A DNA stretch of 64,000 bases from a virus. This document shows positions 18,418 to 27,420 of this stretch, piece by piece. Numbering within the stretch: the stretch's first letter is position 1; every line of letters starts with the position of its first letter. A program made the position numbers and the translations under genes. The stretch lies in the IMG/VR virus record IMGVR_UViG_3300045256_000135, positions 96,001-160,000 of that record, one strand, 5' to 3'. The notes under the pieces are model-generated. The model was given only the letters and a program-made list of their open reading frames with translations, did no database searches and was not told where the DNA came from.

Positions 18418-21019
18418 TTTGCATTCATTGACTGCAGCCCTGCAAGGATTCGGGGCTGGAATGGTCAAGCTGAATGGTTTGCTTGGAAAGTTCTCAGAGA
18501 CTCGAGAGAAGTGGCTAGAGAAACCTGTTGAACTTCCAGCACCTCCACAGCCAAAGCACCCTCTCGGTGATGAGCATCAAGAGCTTCTTGACATCAAGCT
18601 CGACGCTGGGAAGATTGGTGGACTACTCGAAGAGAGTTACTTCGAGCAGATGGCTACTATTCAGGTTCAGATCAGTGAGGTGAATGCTGCTGTTCGTTTG
18701 GGTGTGGTTGATAAGAAGCATGCGTCAGAGCTGCTAGCAGAGCTGGAAGAGAAGTATGCTACTCTTGGTCGTGAAGCAAAAGCGCACGACTTTGGTGGTG
18801 CTGGCGCAGTGGAGCTTCTTCGGCAGGTGTCAGACGCTCCAAACAAAGCCATGCAGTTCGTGAAGGATCAGTTTGCTGGAATCGCAACTGGCACTTTGGG
18901 GCTTGCAGCAGGTTTACCAATAGCTGGTGGTCTGTTTGGTTTGCTGATGTACGGTGTCACTGAAAAAGATCGTATGGCGGTGCAAGCTGGTGAACTGACG
19001 AACATTATGTCTGCGTCTGGTAGATCGGTATCGTCTAGTTTTCTGCAATTTTACGCCAGTTTCCAAGAGAATGCTCAGCAATTCATGGGCATGAGCAGAA
19101 GCGATGTTCAGTCGATTATCTCGACTCTTGTGCAATCAGGGGCAGTGCTAGATGGGTTAAGCACTAACTGGCACTCAGAGCTGGGGGTTGTTGGGCATGA
19201 CGTGATTACGATGTCTCTAGCGTTTGATAAGCTCTTTGAGGAGGCCACGGGGACAACGATCAGTGAGGCTATAGAAACCTCTCGAAACTACGGGGTAAGT
19301 CTAGAATCAGCCACGCTATCTATGATCAAGATCGGGTTCTCTGCAAGTAAGGCTGGAACATCGATCTCTGGCTTCATGAAATACGTGACGGATCTAGAGC
19401 CACAGCTTCGCTATTACAGAGCTGACGCTGAATCGATTGCAGCACTCACTATCTCTCTTCAGGAGGAGTACGAAAACGCGGGGATGGTAGCCTCTGTTGC
19501 AATGGCGACCGCAAAGCAAGGTATGCAACAGATTAGTCAGGGGTTGTCCAATCTTAGCATTGGTGTGAAGGCTCACGTTGGCGAGCAGTTAGGGCTGGGT
19601 GATGGCGTTGATGCCGCCTACGCTCTGACTGATTCGATTAAGAACGCTGATTCGCAGATGTTCTTCAGCACGTTGAAGCAGATCGCCTCACTCGCCGAAA
19701 AAGAGACAAAAGGTACTGGTACTGAGCTCCTGAGTCCAGACGATAAGATCCGCTATTACCTAGAGAACCAGCTTGGGATGGGTTTCGAGGGTGCTTTGGC
19801 TCTATCCAAGATTCTGAAAATGCAAAGCTCTCAAGCAAAGCTTGGAGAAGTTGAAGCGTCGGATTGGGCGTTGTTACGAGACTCGTTCAAGACTGAAGCA
19901 GAGAAGCAGTCCGAGCTAGAGAAGGACAAGAACGAGATTCTGAAGGGGATGGCGAACGTTGGGCAGGGCATGCTTGGCACGCTTCTCTCGTTTTCTGGAT
20001 TTGCGATTATTGCGATCAAGGGCCTGTTCTCGATGCAGTATGGTGATTGGAATGCCATGTTAGCCAATTTTGGAGGGCAAGCGTTGTCGGCTGGGCTAGG
20101 CGCTATTGACGTTGATATCACATCAATCAACTTCGTTCCGAGATCTGCTCAAAATCTGGCAGTTTACCAAAAAGAGCAGGAATTCTTCAATCAGATGGGT
20201 GACCAGTTCCACCAGGTGGTTACAGGTACCAGCATGATTGGAAATGGCATCGGAAAGATTGCGTATCCACTCATTGTACCGTTATTAAAAGCACTAGGTT
20301 ACAAGTCTGGCTGGACTTCAATTGTTGGACAAGCTGCGGGACAGACAATTGCAAACTTTGACGCCGCAGTAGCTAAGGCAGCTCCAGGTGTTTACAAAAC
20401 CCTTGCTGATGCTCCAAAGAAGTTGGTTCAAGCTGATGGCAAATACACTGCCTACGCACCAGCTGGTTCAACACTGGTTGAGACCAAAAAGATGCCTGTA
20501 ACCTACGAGCAAGTCAGGGCTGCGGTTGCTGAGGCGTTCAAGCAAGTGACTGGTGCTATGCCGTCAGAAGAGCTAGCTGACACATTAGCCGCGCAGGCGT
20601 GGTTTGAATCGGGTCAAACAGGTGGGCTCTACAACTACAACTTCGGCGGTGTGAAAGGAAAAGGCACAACGGGGCAAACTGCTCTGTTTGCAACCCATGA
20701 AGTGATCAACGGTGAGACCTTAGCTGTGAAGGACTTCTTTCGAGCATACGAAACCCTGCTCGATGGTGCCATTGACTACGTCAAGATCCTCAAAGGTCGC
20801 TATCAGTCTGCGATTGACGCTGCTCAGCATGGGGATGTTGAAGGGTACGTACACAAGCTGAAGGAACGTGGTTACTTCACTGGTGATGAAGCGAAGTACA
20901 AGCAGTTCATTTCGTCGATCATCAAAGCACACCAGAAACCCAAAGTTAACGTCACAGCAACGATGAACAAGACGCCAGACGGCAACGAAGTAAGAGTCGT
21001 TACGCAGATCTCTCATTAG
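18410..21019 (+). CDS. tape measure protein paralog 3 with C-terminal GH73 (FlgJ-like) peptidoglycan hydrolase
   Basis: Same collinear motifs, plus AQAWFESG, YNFGGVK, T.E, FRAY and GYFT motifs of glucosaminidase/muramidase (about 20490-20930). Confidence 0.8.
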   Translation: MADLHSLTAALQGFGAGMVKLNGLLGKFSETREKWLEKPVELPAPPQPKHPLGDEHQELLDIKLDAGKIGGLLEESYFEQMATIQVQISEVNAAVRLGVVDKKHASELLAELEEKYATLGREAKAHDFGGAGAVELLRQVSDAPNKAMQFVKDQFAGIATGTLGLAAGLPIAGGLFGLLMYGVTEKDRMAVQAGELTNIMSASGRSVSSSFLQFYASFQENAQQFMGMSRSDVQSIISTLVQSGAVLDGLSTNWHSELGVVGHDVITMSLAFDKLFEEATGTTISEAIETSRNYGVSLESATLSMIKIGFSASKAGTSISGFMKYVTDLEPQLRYYRADAESIAALTISLQEEYENAGMVASVAMATAKQGMQQISQGLSNLSIGVKAHVGEQLGLGDGVDAAYALTDSIKNADSQMFFSTLKQIASLAEKETKGTGTELLSPDDKIRYYLENQLGMGFEGALALSKILKMQSSQAKLGEVEASDWALLRDSFKTEAEKQSELEKDKNEILKGMANVGQGMLGTLLSFSGFAIIAIKGLFSMQYGDWNAMLANFGGQALSAGLGAIDVDITSINFVPRSAQNLAVYQKEQEFFNQMGDQFHQVVTGTSMIGNGIGKIAYPLIVPLLKALGYKSGWTSIVGQAAGQTIANFDAAVAKAAPGVYKTLADAPKKLVQADGKYTAYAPAGSTLVETKKMPVTYEQVRAAVAEAFKQVTGAMPSEELADTLAAQAWFESGQTGGLYNYNFGGVKGKGTTGQTALFATHEVINGETLAVKDFFRAYETLLDGAIDYVKILKGRYQSAIDAAQHGDVEGYVHKLKERGYFTGDEAKYKQFISSIIKAHQKPKVNVTATMNKTPDGNEVRVVTQISH

Positions 21020-21100
21020 TCTTTAAGAGTGGTTAAACCCACAGCTTACTATATAGCTACGTCAACCTGGAACAGTGTGTAAGACAGGTATGGAGAGAAC

Positions 21101-23581
21101 ATGTCTAGGGCTACTGGTGTAGAACAGGGCAAGGTACGGAACTTCTTCCCTGCCTACCGAGTGTTCATTGCTGGGGTCGAAGTAACAAGACTTTGCTCGT
21201 CAGTGCGGAACAGCTGGTCAGACCACAACCCAGCACAGGTGGTTGTCGAGCTTGTTAACCCAAACCAGTTGATGACTCTGACAGCGTACGACATGCTGCT
21301 GATTGCTGCGTACAAGCAACAAGCAGTGTCCCAGGCTCTCGCCGAACTGTCAGCAGAATTTAACTCGAGATTGTTGCGGCTTGGGTCAGAGAACGTATTC
21401 CAGAGAGCGCTGGGGGAGCTACAGGATCAGTTTCCCATTGATCCCCAGGACGTCTTGAACTACTATGCTGACATTGCGCGTCAAGATTTGATTTTTCCTC
21501 AGGTGGGGAATTTGCCACCTCCACTCGATATCTTCGCCGATCTGAAAAACACGATTCTAGCGAAGAAGCTTGAGTTGGTGTATCAGCAGGGCACAATTGG
21601 CATTGATGGTCAGCCCTTACCGAACGAAGCTTTCTTCAAGTACCCAATGGTTCAAGGGCAGTGGATCTGGCATACTGAGGATCCAGTAGTCGTTGCAGTT
21701 CGAGATGTCGCGGACCCGAGCAGGTGGTATTGGTTTGGTCGTGGAACAATCACGGACATCTCTGAAGACGAAGACGAGAACATGCAGTCGAAGCTCAACA
21801 TTACTGTTGAGGGTGTTCTCAAACCGTTCAGAAATTCCCGTGTAGCAAACTTCACTGGCGCAATTTTGTCACCACGAGAATTCAAAACTGCAGCTGGGGA
21901 CGTAACTACGATCAGTCCAGAGGATTACTCTCAGATCCAGAATGCAAGCTATACCAACTTTCTGCAAAACCTCACGATTCAACAGATCGTGGAGATCATG
22001 GTGTTTGGATCTCAGTCGGTGCTTGACGACTTGGGTCAGGCAGTGCGAGCTGTGCAGCAGGGTGATGAGCCAGAAGCTCTGCTGCAAGAACGCTTCGGTA
22101 TACCTGTAAACTCTGAGGGAGCTATCTCTGATCAGGCGATCTCTGCGTTTCAGCAACAACTGCGGAATCTGAATATCTCTGGATTAGGTGGATTCAAACG
22201 TTTTTCTCGGGTTTCTGGTGTGGACGTACGAATTCTGGGTGGCGGAAACGCAGACAATGCTTCGGACGTTGTTCTTGGTACTCAGACACCGTCTCTCAGT
22301 GAGTGGCACAAGCTGCTAGATAATGAGATCACTACTGCAGACTTCTACAACATGTACATTCCAGACGCTGTTCAGACCGGCGTTACGTCGAACACGTCTG
22401 GCAGGCCTGTGCCACCCCTACAGTGGTTGGCACAAGGTACAGTTCGAGGCAACCAGCTGAATTTGAACACACAAGTTGACCAAGGAACACTGCTAGAGCA
22501 GGTGATCACCGCAATCGGAACGCACCCAGAAAACTACCCAATTCGTCAACGTGTCCTAATGCTGCTCCCGGCAAACTTGGGCGCCAGATTGGGGCGGAAG
22601 GTGCTAGACCTAGAGATAGCAAACTCAGCTGGCTCTGTAGCAGAATTCTACGACAGATTATCCTTGCTTCAGCAGATTCTCAGCAGAATGGAGTTCTCGT
22701 TTTACGACACACCTCGAGGTGACGTAGTGATTGAGATGCCATTGTACGACTTTGAACCTAGACACTTTGCTAACACCAACGAGCTTTCTGATCAGTACAC
22801 TGAGGGTCCAACTGGAACAGGAAACGTCACCCAAACGTTTACCAATGTTGAGGAGCAACTTACAGCTGACGCTGCATTCCAAGAGCTTACGGCCATTGAG
22901 AAAGCGAATCTTGAGTCAGTTGTGCCAACCACGACTGCGTATGATCGAACCTTTCGGATCTTTCCGTTCGAACAGATCCGGATCAATATCACTCGCAGTG
23001 ATCAAGACGCAAAGACTGTTTGGGTGGCAACACCTAGATGGACCGAGGCAATTGCTAGAGATGGTTCACAAGCATCTCGACAAAGGGTTGCAGTTGCTCT
23101 GCCGAATTTGATCCCGTTGTACGGTATCCGCGTAGAGCAAGGAGACCCACCAGGCAATATTCGAACGGATGAAGCTGCACGACTCTACTGCTACCTGCAA
23201 CTGATGAAGTGCAATGCGGATATTGTCAGTCTTCGTGTGCCATGTTTGCCAAATTGGGGAGCATGGCTAAACCGCCCGGTGCAAGTCGACTCTCGCAACA
23301 TCATTGGATCGACCAAGTCAATCACGCACTCCATTGTCTGGCAGTCGGATTGTTCGACGGAGTATGGGTTCTGGCACTGCAAGTTTTGGGATGGACGATT
23401 TGTACCAACAGCTACAGGTCCTAGAAAGCTGTATTCTACGTTTGGTGGGGTGAACTCCCAACCCTTCAACTACTCGTATCTCCTGCAAATCGACAAGATC
23501 TCAGCAGCACTTGGAGCTCAACCTGGCCAAGCTGATGCAAATCTCAGTGCAGTCTTTGACACGATTAGGAATGGACGATGA
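21101..23581 (+). CDS. baseplate hub protein (gp27/late-control-D-like)
   Basis: 826 aa; RVFIAGVEV N-terminus, F..TPRGD.V.E.P.YDF, and YG.R/SITH C-terminal hub-like motifs; position. Confidence 0.6.
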   Translation: MSRATGVEQGKVRNFFPAYRVFIAGVEVTRLCSSVRNSWSDHNPAQVVVELVNPNQLMTLTAYDMLLIAAYKQQAVSQALAELSAEFNSRLLRLGSENVFQRALGELQDQFPIDPQDVLNYYADIARQDLIFPQVGNLPPPLDIFADLKNTILAKKLELVYQQGTIGIDGQPLPNEAFFKYPMVQGQWIWHTEDPVVVAVRDVADPSRWYWFGRGTITDISEDEDENMQSKLNITVEGVLKPFRNSRVANFTGAILSPREFKTAAGDVTTISPEDYSQIQNASYTNFLQNLTIQQIVEIMVFGSQSVLDDLGQAVRAVQQGDEPEALLQERFGIPVNSEGAISDQAISAFQQQLRNLNISGLGGFKRFSRVSGVDVRILGGGNADNASDVVLGTQTPSLSEWHKLLDNEITTADFYNMYIPDAVQTGVTSNTSGRPVPPLQWLAQGTVRGNQLNLNTQVDQGTLLEQVITAIGTHPENYPIRQRVLMLLPANLGARLGRKVLDLEIANSAGSVAEFYDRLSLLQQILSRMEFSFYDTPRGDVVIEMPLYDFEPRHFANTNELSDQYTEGPTGTGNVTQTFTNVEEQLTADAAFQELTAIEKANLESVVPTTTAYDRTFRIFPFEQIRINITRSDQDAKTVWVATPRWTEAIARDGSQASRQRVAVALPNLIPLYGIRVEQGDPPGNIRTDEAARLYCYLQLMKCNADIVSLRVPCLPNWGAWLNRPVQVDSRNIIGSTKSITHSIVWQSDCSTEYGFWHCKFWDGRFVPTATGPRKLYSTFGGVNSQPFNYSYLLQIDKISAALGAQPGQADANLSAVFDTIRNGR

Positions 23582-25011
23582 GACCTAGAACACCGCAAGA
23601 CAAAAACCCAACTACTGCTGCAAGAAACGCGGATCAATTCTACTCTCGGGTCCAAAGAGCGGTTATCACAACCATCGATACGCAGCGAGGAGTTTGCTCG
23701 CTCGAATTCGAGAACACACCTGGAGAGCGGTCCGGTGTAACAGTTCCCATCGGTTGGCTCTCCTTGCCTCGCTCGAGAGCAAGGGCTGCTTGGAGCCGAT
23801 ACATGCCCCAACTCGGGGATGTGGTGCTGGTTGGCTTTGATTCAAACTCAGACGCCAGAATCCTTGGTTATGATGCGATTTCGTATGAGCTTTTGACCAA
23901 GCTACAGGAAGAGGAGAACATTACGTTCTTCGACCTTCAACCGGGTGAGTTTGACAGCAAAAGCTCAGGGAACGCGTATATCAAGGGTGATCGACTTGGG
24001 GTGCTTTTACTTGCTGGTGGTCTTCAGAGCATTGTACTGGACAAGCAGAGACGAGAGTTGGTCGTAAAAGCATCGACCCACAAAGAGGTTCTAGATGCGT
24101 CGATTTCTCGACTTGGTGTGGCAAAACGAACCTCCACCACGAATAGCTCTGACGTAGTAGCTAAGCGTGGGTTTGGGGTTCCTGCTGAACCTAATGGTGC
24201 AACAGCTTCAGCACCTAATCTATACGAGAAGACAGTAGATCTTCGCCAGGTAACCACTGGAGTCCCGTTTGGTACTCCGATGGCCTTTGAGTCTTTGGGC
24301 GATGTACTAGATCCCGATGTGGATGAGATTGAGCAAGGTAACTGGGGAGCTGCTGGCCCAGCTGGAGTCAAGCAGATGAGGGCCACCGGGCAGTTCGTCA
24401 GAGCACTACTTCGAGTATACGACTCAACCCCTAATGGCACAGCTCTGGGGACTCCAGGCCCCGTTGGCGGGTCTGCAAAGCGTCCATTCGAATATGCTAT
24501 TGACGTACTTGGTAATGTTGTCGTGAACCAAGGTCAGCTTGCGTCAGCGGGTGTATTCGCTTACCTACCTATAAGTGTAGAGCTTCAAACTCTGCTGTTC
24601 ACACTTCACACTGCTACCGCAAAACTTGGGGACAAAAACACCGCTACCGAGCCAGTTGTATGTGGCAACTTGTTCTTAGACGCTACGTCTACGTTCATGA
24701 CAGCACATGCTACATACATAGCTGCAGTTGAAGCGTGGTCAGCAGCAGTAACCGCATACAACGTTGCGGTTGGAGGTGCATTTGCAACAGCTGGTTCAGG
24801 AAGCGGCTTGATTACTCCAGCTATTGCTGCTACAATGGCTGCTGCCGCTACTGCGTATGGGTTAGCTGAAGTCAACTTCGCAGCTGCTACTACAACTTTC
24901 AATGCAGCTATTTCAGCGTATGTTACTGCAGTGACGAATGCTCTGTCTAAGGCAGTTTTTGTCTCGTTGAATCCAGGTGTTCTGCAACCTACGAGTGAGA
25001 AACAGATATGA
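23578..25011 (+). CDS. baseplate central spike (gpV/gp5 OB-fold N-terminus)
   Basis: RAVITTID...GV..L.F ... MPQLGDVVLVGF...ILGY OB-fold signature; Ala-rich helical C-terminus. Confidence 0.7.
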   Translation: MRPRTPQDKNPTTAARNADQFYSRVQRAVITTIDTQRGVCSLEFENTPGERSGVTVPIGWLSLPRSRARAAWSRYMPQLGDVVLVGFDSNSDARILGYDAISYELLTKLQEEENITFFDLQPGEFDSKSSGNAYIKGDRLGVLLLAGGLQSIVLDKQRRELVVKASTHKEVLDASISRLGVAKRTSTTNSSDVVAKRGFGVPAEPNGATASAPNLYEKTVDLRQVTTGVPFGTPMAFESLGDVLDPDVDEIEQGNWGAAGPAGVKQMRATGQFVRALLRVYDSTPNGTALGTPGPVGGSAKRPFEYAIDVLGNVVVNQGQLASAGVFAYLPISVELQTLLFTLHTATAKLGDKNTATEPVVCGNLFLDATSTFMTAHATYIAAVEAWSAAVTAYNVAVGGAFATAGSGSGLITPAIAATMAAAATAYGLAEVNFAAATTTFNAAISAYVTAVTNALSKAVFVSLNPGVLQPTSEKQI

Positions 25012-25511
25012 GCTTCTGCACGGATATCAAGCTGGGCAAGTTCGAGGTGTGTATTGTCAACACACTGTTAAATCTTAGTTCTACTGCACTGCAGCAACTG
25101 CAGAACCTTCTACGAGCTCAGATCCCGATTCTCGACGCCTTGATCTGTGAAGCAATCCTCAGTATCGGATCCGCTGATCTGCAAACCCAACAGCTCCGAA
25201 TACAGTCTGACATAGCACAGCAGGCGATCACCCAAGCGAAGTCAACACTCAACAGCATCCCTCTGGGTACTTTGGACACTGCATGTACTGATTGGGCGAT
25301 TGTGAATGGCTCGATCAACAGTCTGTTTCAGAATGAGATCTTTGCTCGTGCAGACCAATTACTGCAAGAGTTTAAGCGAGCCACCTCAATCCAAAGTGAA
25401 GCTTCAGCTCTGAAAGCCGAGTACGAGGAGCAGAAGCAGTTGCTGTTGGATTTCATCTCTCTGTTAGATTCGATCATTCTCGAAGCAAAGTGTCGAGAAG
25501 CTAAGGCGTGA
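25008..25511 (+). CDS. coiled-coil hypothetical baseplate protein
   Basis: 167 aa, L/Q/I heptads; ATGA-coupled to the spike gene. Confidence 0.6.
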   Translation: MSFCTDIKLGKFEVCIVNTLLNLSSTALQQLQNLLRAQIPILDALICEAILSIGSADLQTQQLRIQSDIAQQAITQAKSTLNSIPLGTLDTACTDWAIVNGSINSLFQNEIFARADQLLQEFKRATSIQSEASALKAEYEEQKQLLLDFISLLDSIILEAKCREAKA

Positions 25512-25556
25512 AACAATCCTTTGGTGGAGGGATTGTTAACATTGTCTTAGCTGGGA

Positions 25557-25982
25557 ATGTCGCAAACGTTCAAGTTCCGCAATCAAGATGTAGTTCTCGA
25601 TGCAGCTGGCGCTCTCGAGATGGTCGCTGACTACGACAAACTACGTCAAGACCTATCGGAACTGTTCTCTATCGGCATCACCAACAATGGGTTTGGTGCC
25701 GGACTCATTGACCTTGTTGGCGCGTCAGATTCGTTTGATGACGGATATGCTAGCAACGTCGAGTTCACACTTCGTGATCGAATCGAGTCTGCAATTTCTC
25801 GGTTCCAGGTCCTGCAGAAGCGCAATTTGAACAATATGCCACCAGCAGAGCAAGTGGTAGGATTGTCGGATCTTAACGTACAACAAGACCCAACCAACCC
25901 CACTACCTACCGGTGGAAAGTAGTCCTGCGGACTCTCGCTGGTGAAGTCACGCGATCCGGCAAGCTCTCTATTCCTGGTTGA
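25557..25982 (+). CDS. baseplate wedge gp25/gpW-like protein
   Basis: 141 aa; DKLRQDL, FGAGL.DLVG; directly precedes gpJ. Confidence 0.75.
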   Translation: MSQTFKFRNQDVVLDAAGALEMVADYDKLRQDLSELFSIGITNNGFGAGLIDLVGASDSFDDGYASNVEFTLRDRIESAISRFQVLQKRNLNNMPPAEQVVGLSDLNVQQDPTNPTTYRWKVVLRTLAGEVTRSGKLSIPG

Positions 25983-25985
25983 ACC

Positions 25986-27419
25986 ATGCCCGTTCCCAAG
26001 ACAACTGCCACCCAGTTTGAACAGAAGATTGCGCTAGGTATTAACCAGCGTGATCAACGGCAAAAGACAGAATACGGTCCGATCCGAGACATCGTTTGCC
26101 GAGCTCCATCAGTTGTACTGGAAGCGCAGAATGAGCGAATCAGGTCTCTGTTTCAGCTGTTGTCCTTACAGCAGGTTGATTCACTTGATCCAGCAGATAT
26201 TGACGCGTTTGTGTACAACGAACAGGTGATCCGCAGTCAAGGAACGTCATCGTTCACAACTCTGACGTTCTTTAGAAAGACGCTACCAGTTTCAAACATT
26301 ACAGTCCCGACTGGGTTTCCGGTCGGAACTGATCGCGACCCGGTAACAGGAGCTCAGATCACGTATGTTACGCTTGAGCCTGTTACGCTTGTGGCACTAA
26401 ACGCATCTGCGTACTTTAACGGCGTGACTGGTCGATACGAGTTAACCGTAACTGCAGGGTCCGTAACCACGGGAACCAATACCACTGTAGCAGCTGGTGC
26501 TCTCAAGAACCCACTACGACCTCTGATTGGGTTCGATGGCGTGACCAATTCTGAGTCAACTGGTGGTCTTCCAGCAGAAACAAACCAACAAGTAGCTGAT
26601 CGATATGGACTTAGAGTTCGTGGTACAGAGATTGGTACACCACCAGGTCTTAGTAGATATGCTAGGCAAACGTTTGGTAGCATCCAAGACCTCTACCTTG
26701 TCTATGGGAATGATCCATTTCTAACCAGAGCAGCAAAAGACGCGGGTGCGGTTGACGTTTGGGTGCTAGGTAGCAGTCCGGTTCAACGGGTAATGACTGC
26801 TCCGTTTCCTGGGCGCTTGATCCCAATTGCATTCGATAAACAACCAGGGATCGACATTGTTTCGGTTCAGTCAGGTGTAACCTACACACAGAACGTCGAT
26901 TATCAATACTACAGCGACCCCGGTGTTTGGTCTAGATCAACACGTGGTTCAGACGGAGTCGTCTTCACATCCACAGGTGCAGCTCCCGCGATTGGGGATC
27001 CCGTTACAATAACGTATCGATACGACAATCTTATCATTGCTTTGCAGTCGTTTTTTACCATTCCAGAGTACTACGAAACAGGTCGTGATGCACTGTTCCG
27101 CAGAGGAATTGAAGTTGGCTTCTCAATCTCAGGCAATTTGAAAGTGAATGCTGGGAATCCGCTAGTAGTGCAGGGCCAGTCAGCTCAAGCACTTCTAGAC
27201 TACTTCAATGGCAACCAAATCCAGCGTGGCCTCAGATTGGGGCAAGCTGTCGAGCTGTTTGACCTTGATGCTGAACTAAGTCGTGTACCCGGCGTGGACA
27301 ACTTTACCTACACACAACTTGCTCCTTTAGGAGTAGTTGGTGTAAATCAAGACACTCCCATGCTTCCAAACCAATACGCAAGACTCAACATTGCTGACCT
27401 AACGATCACGTTGGTGTAA
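25986..27419 (+). CDS. baseplate J-like (gp6) wedge protein
   Basis: V...A...G...N, GV.N....GG..AET......R, GT..G and AGAVDVWV motifs. Confidence 0.85.
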   Translation: MPVPKTTATQFEQKIALGINQRDQRQKTEYGPIRDIVCRAPSVVLEAQNERIRSLFQLLSLQQVDSLDPADIDAFVYNEQVIRSQGTSSFTTLTFFRKTLPVSNITVPTGFPVGTDRDPVTGAQITYVTLEPVTLVALNASAYFNGVTGRYELTVTAGSVTTGTNTTVAAGALKNPLRPLIGFDGVTNSESTGGLPAETNQQVADRYGLRVRGTEIGTPPGLSRYARQTFGSIQDLYLVYGNDPFLTRAAKDAGAVDVWVLGSSPVQRVMTAPFPGRLIPIAFDKQPGIDIVSVQSGVTYTQNVDYQYYSDPGVWSRSTRGSDGVVFTSTGAAPAIGDPVTITYRYDNLIIALQSFFTIPEYYETGRDALFRRGIEVGFSISGNLKVNAGNPLVVQGQSAQALLDYFNGNQIQRGLRLGQAVELFDLDAELSRVPGVDNFTYTQLAPLGVVGVNQDTPMLPNQYARLNIADLTITLV

Positions 27420-27420
27420 G

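Noticed and set aside
13090-21019. TMP triplication as an assembly artefact
   Set aside because: The copies are highly diverged at DNA and protein level, have different termini, and overlap their neighbours in normal operon fashion.
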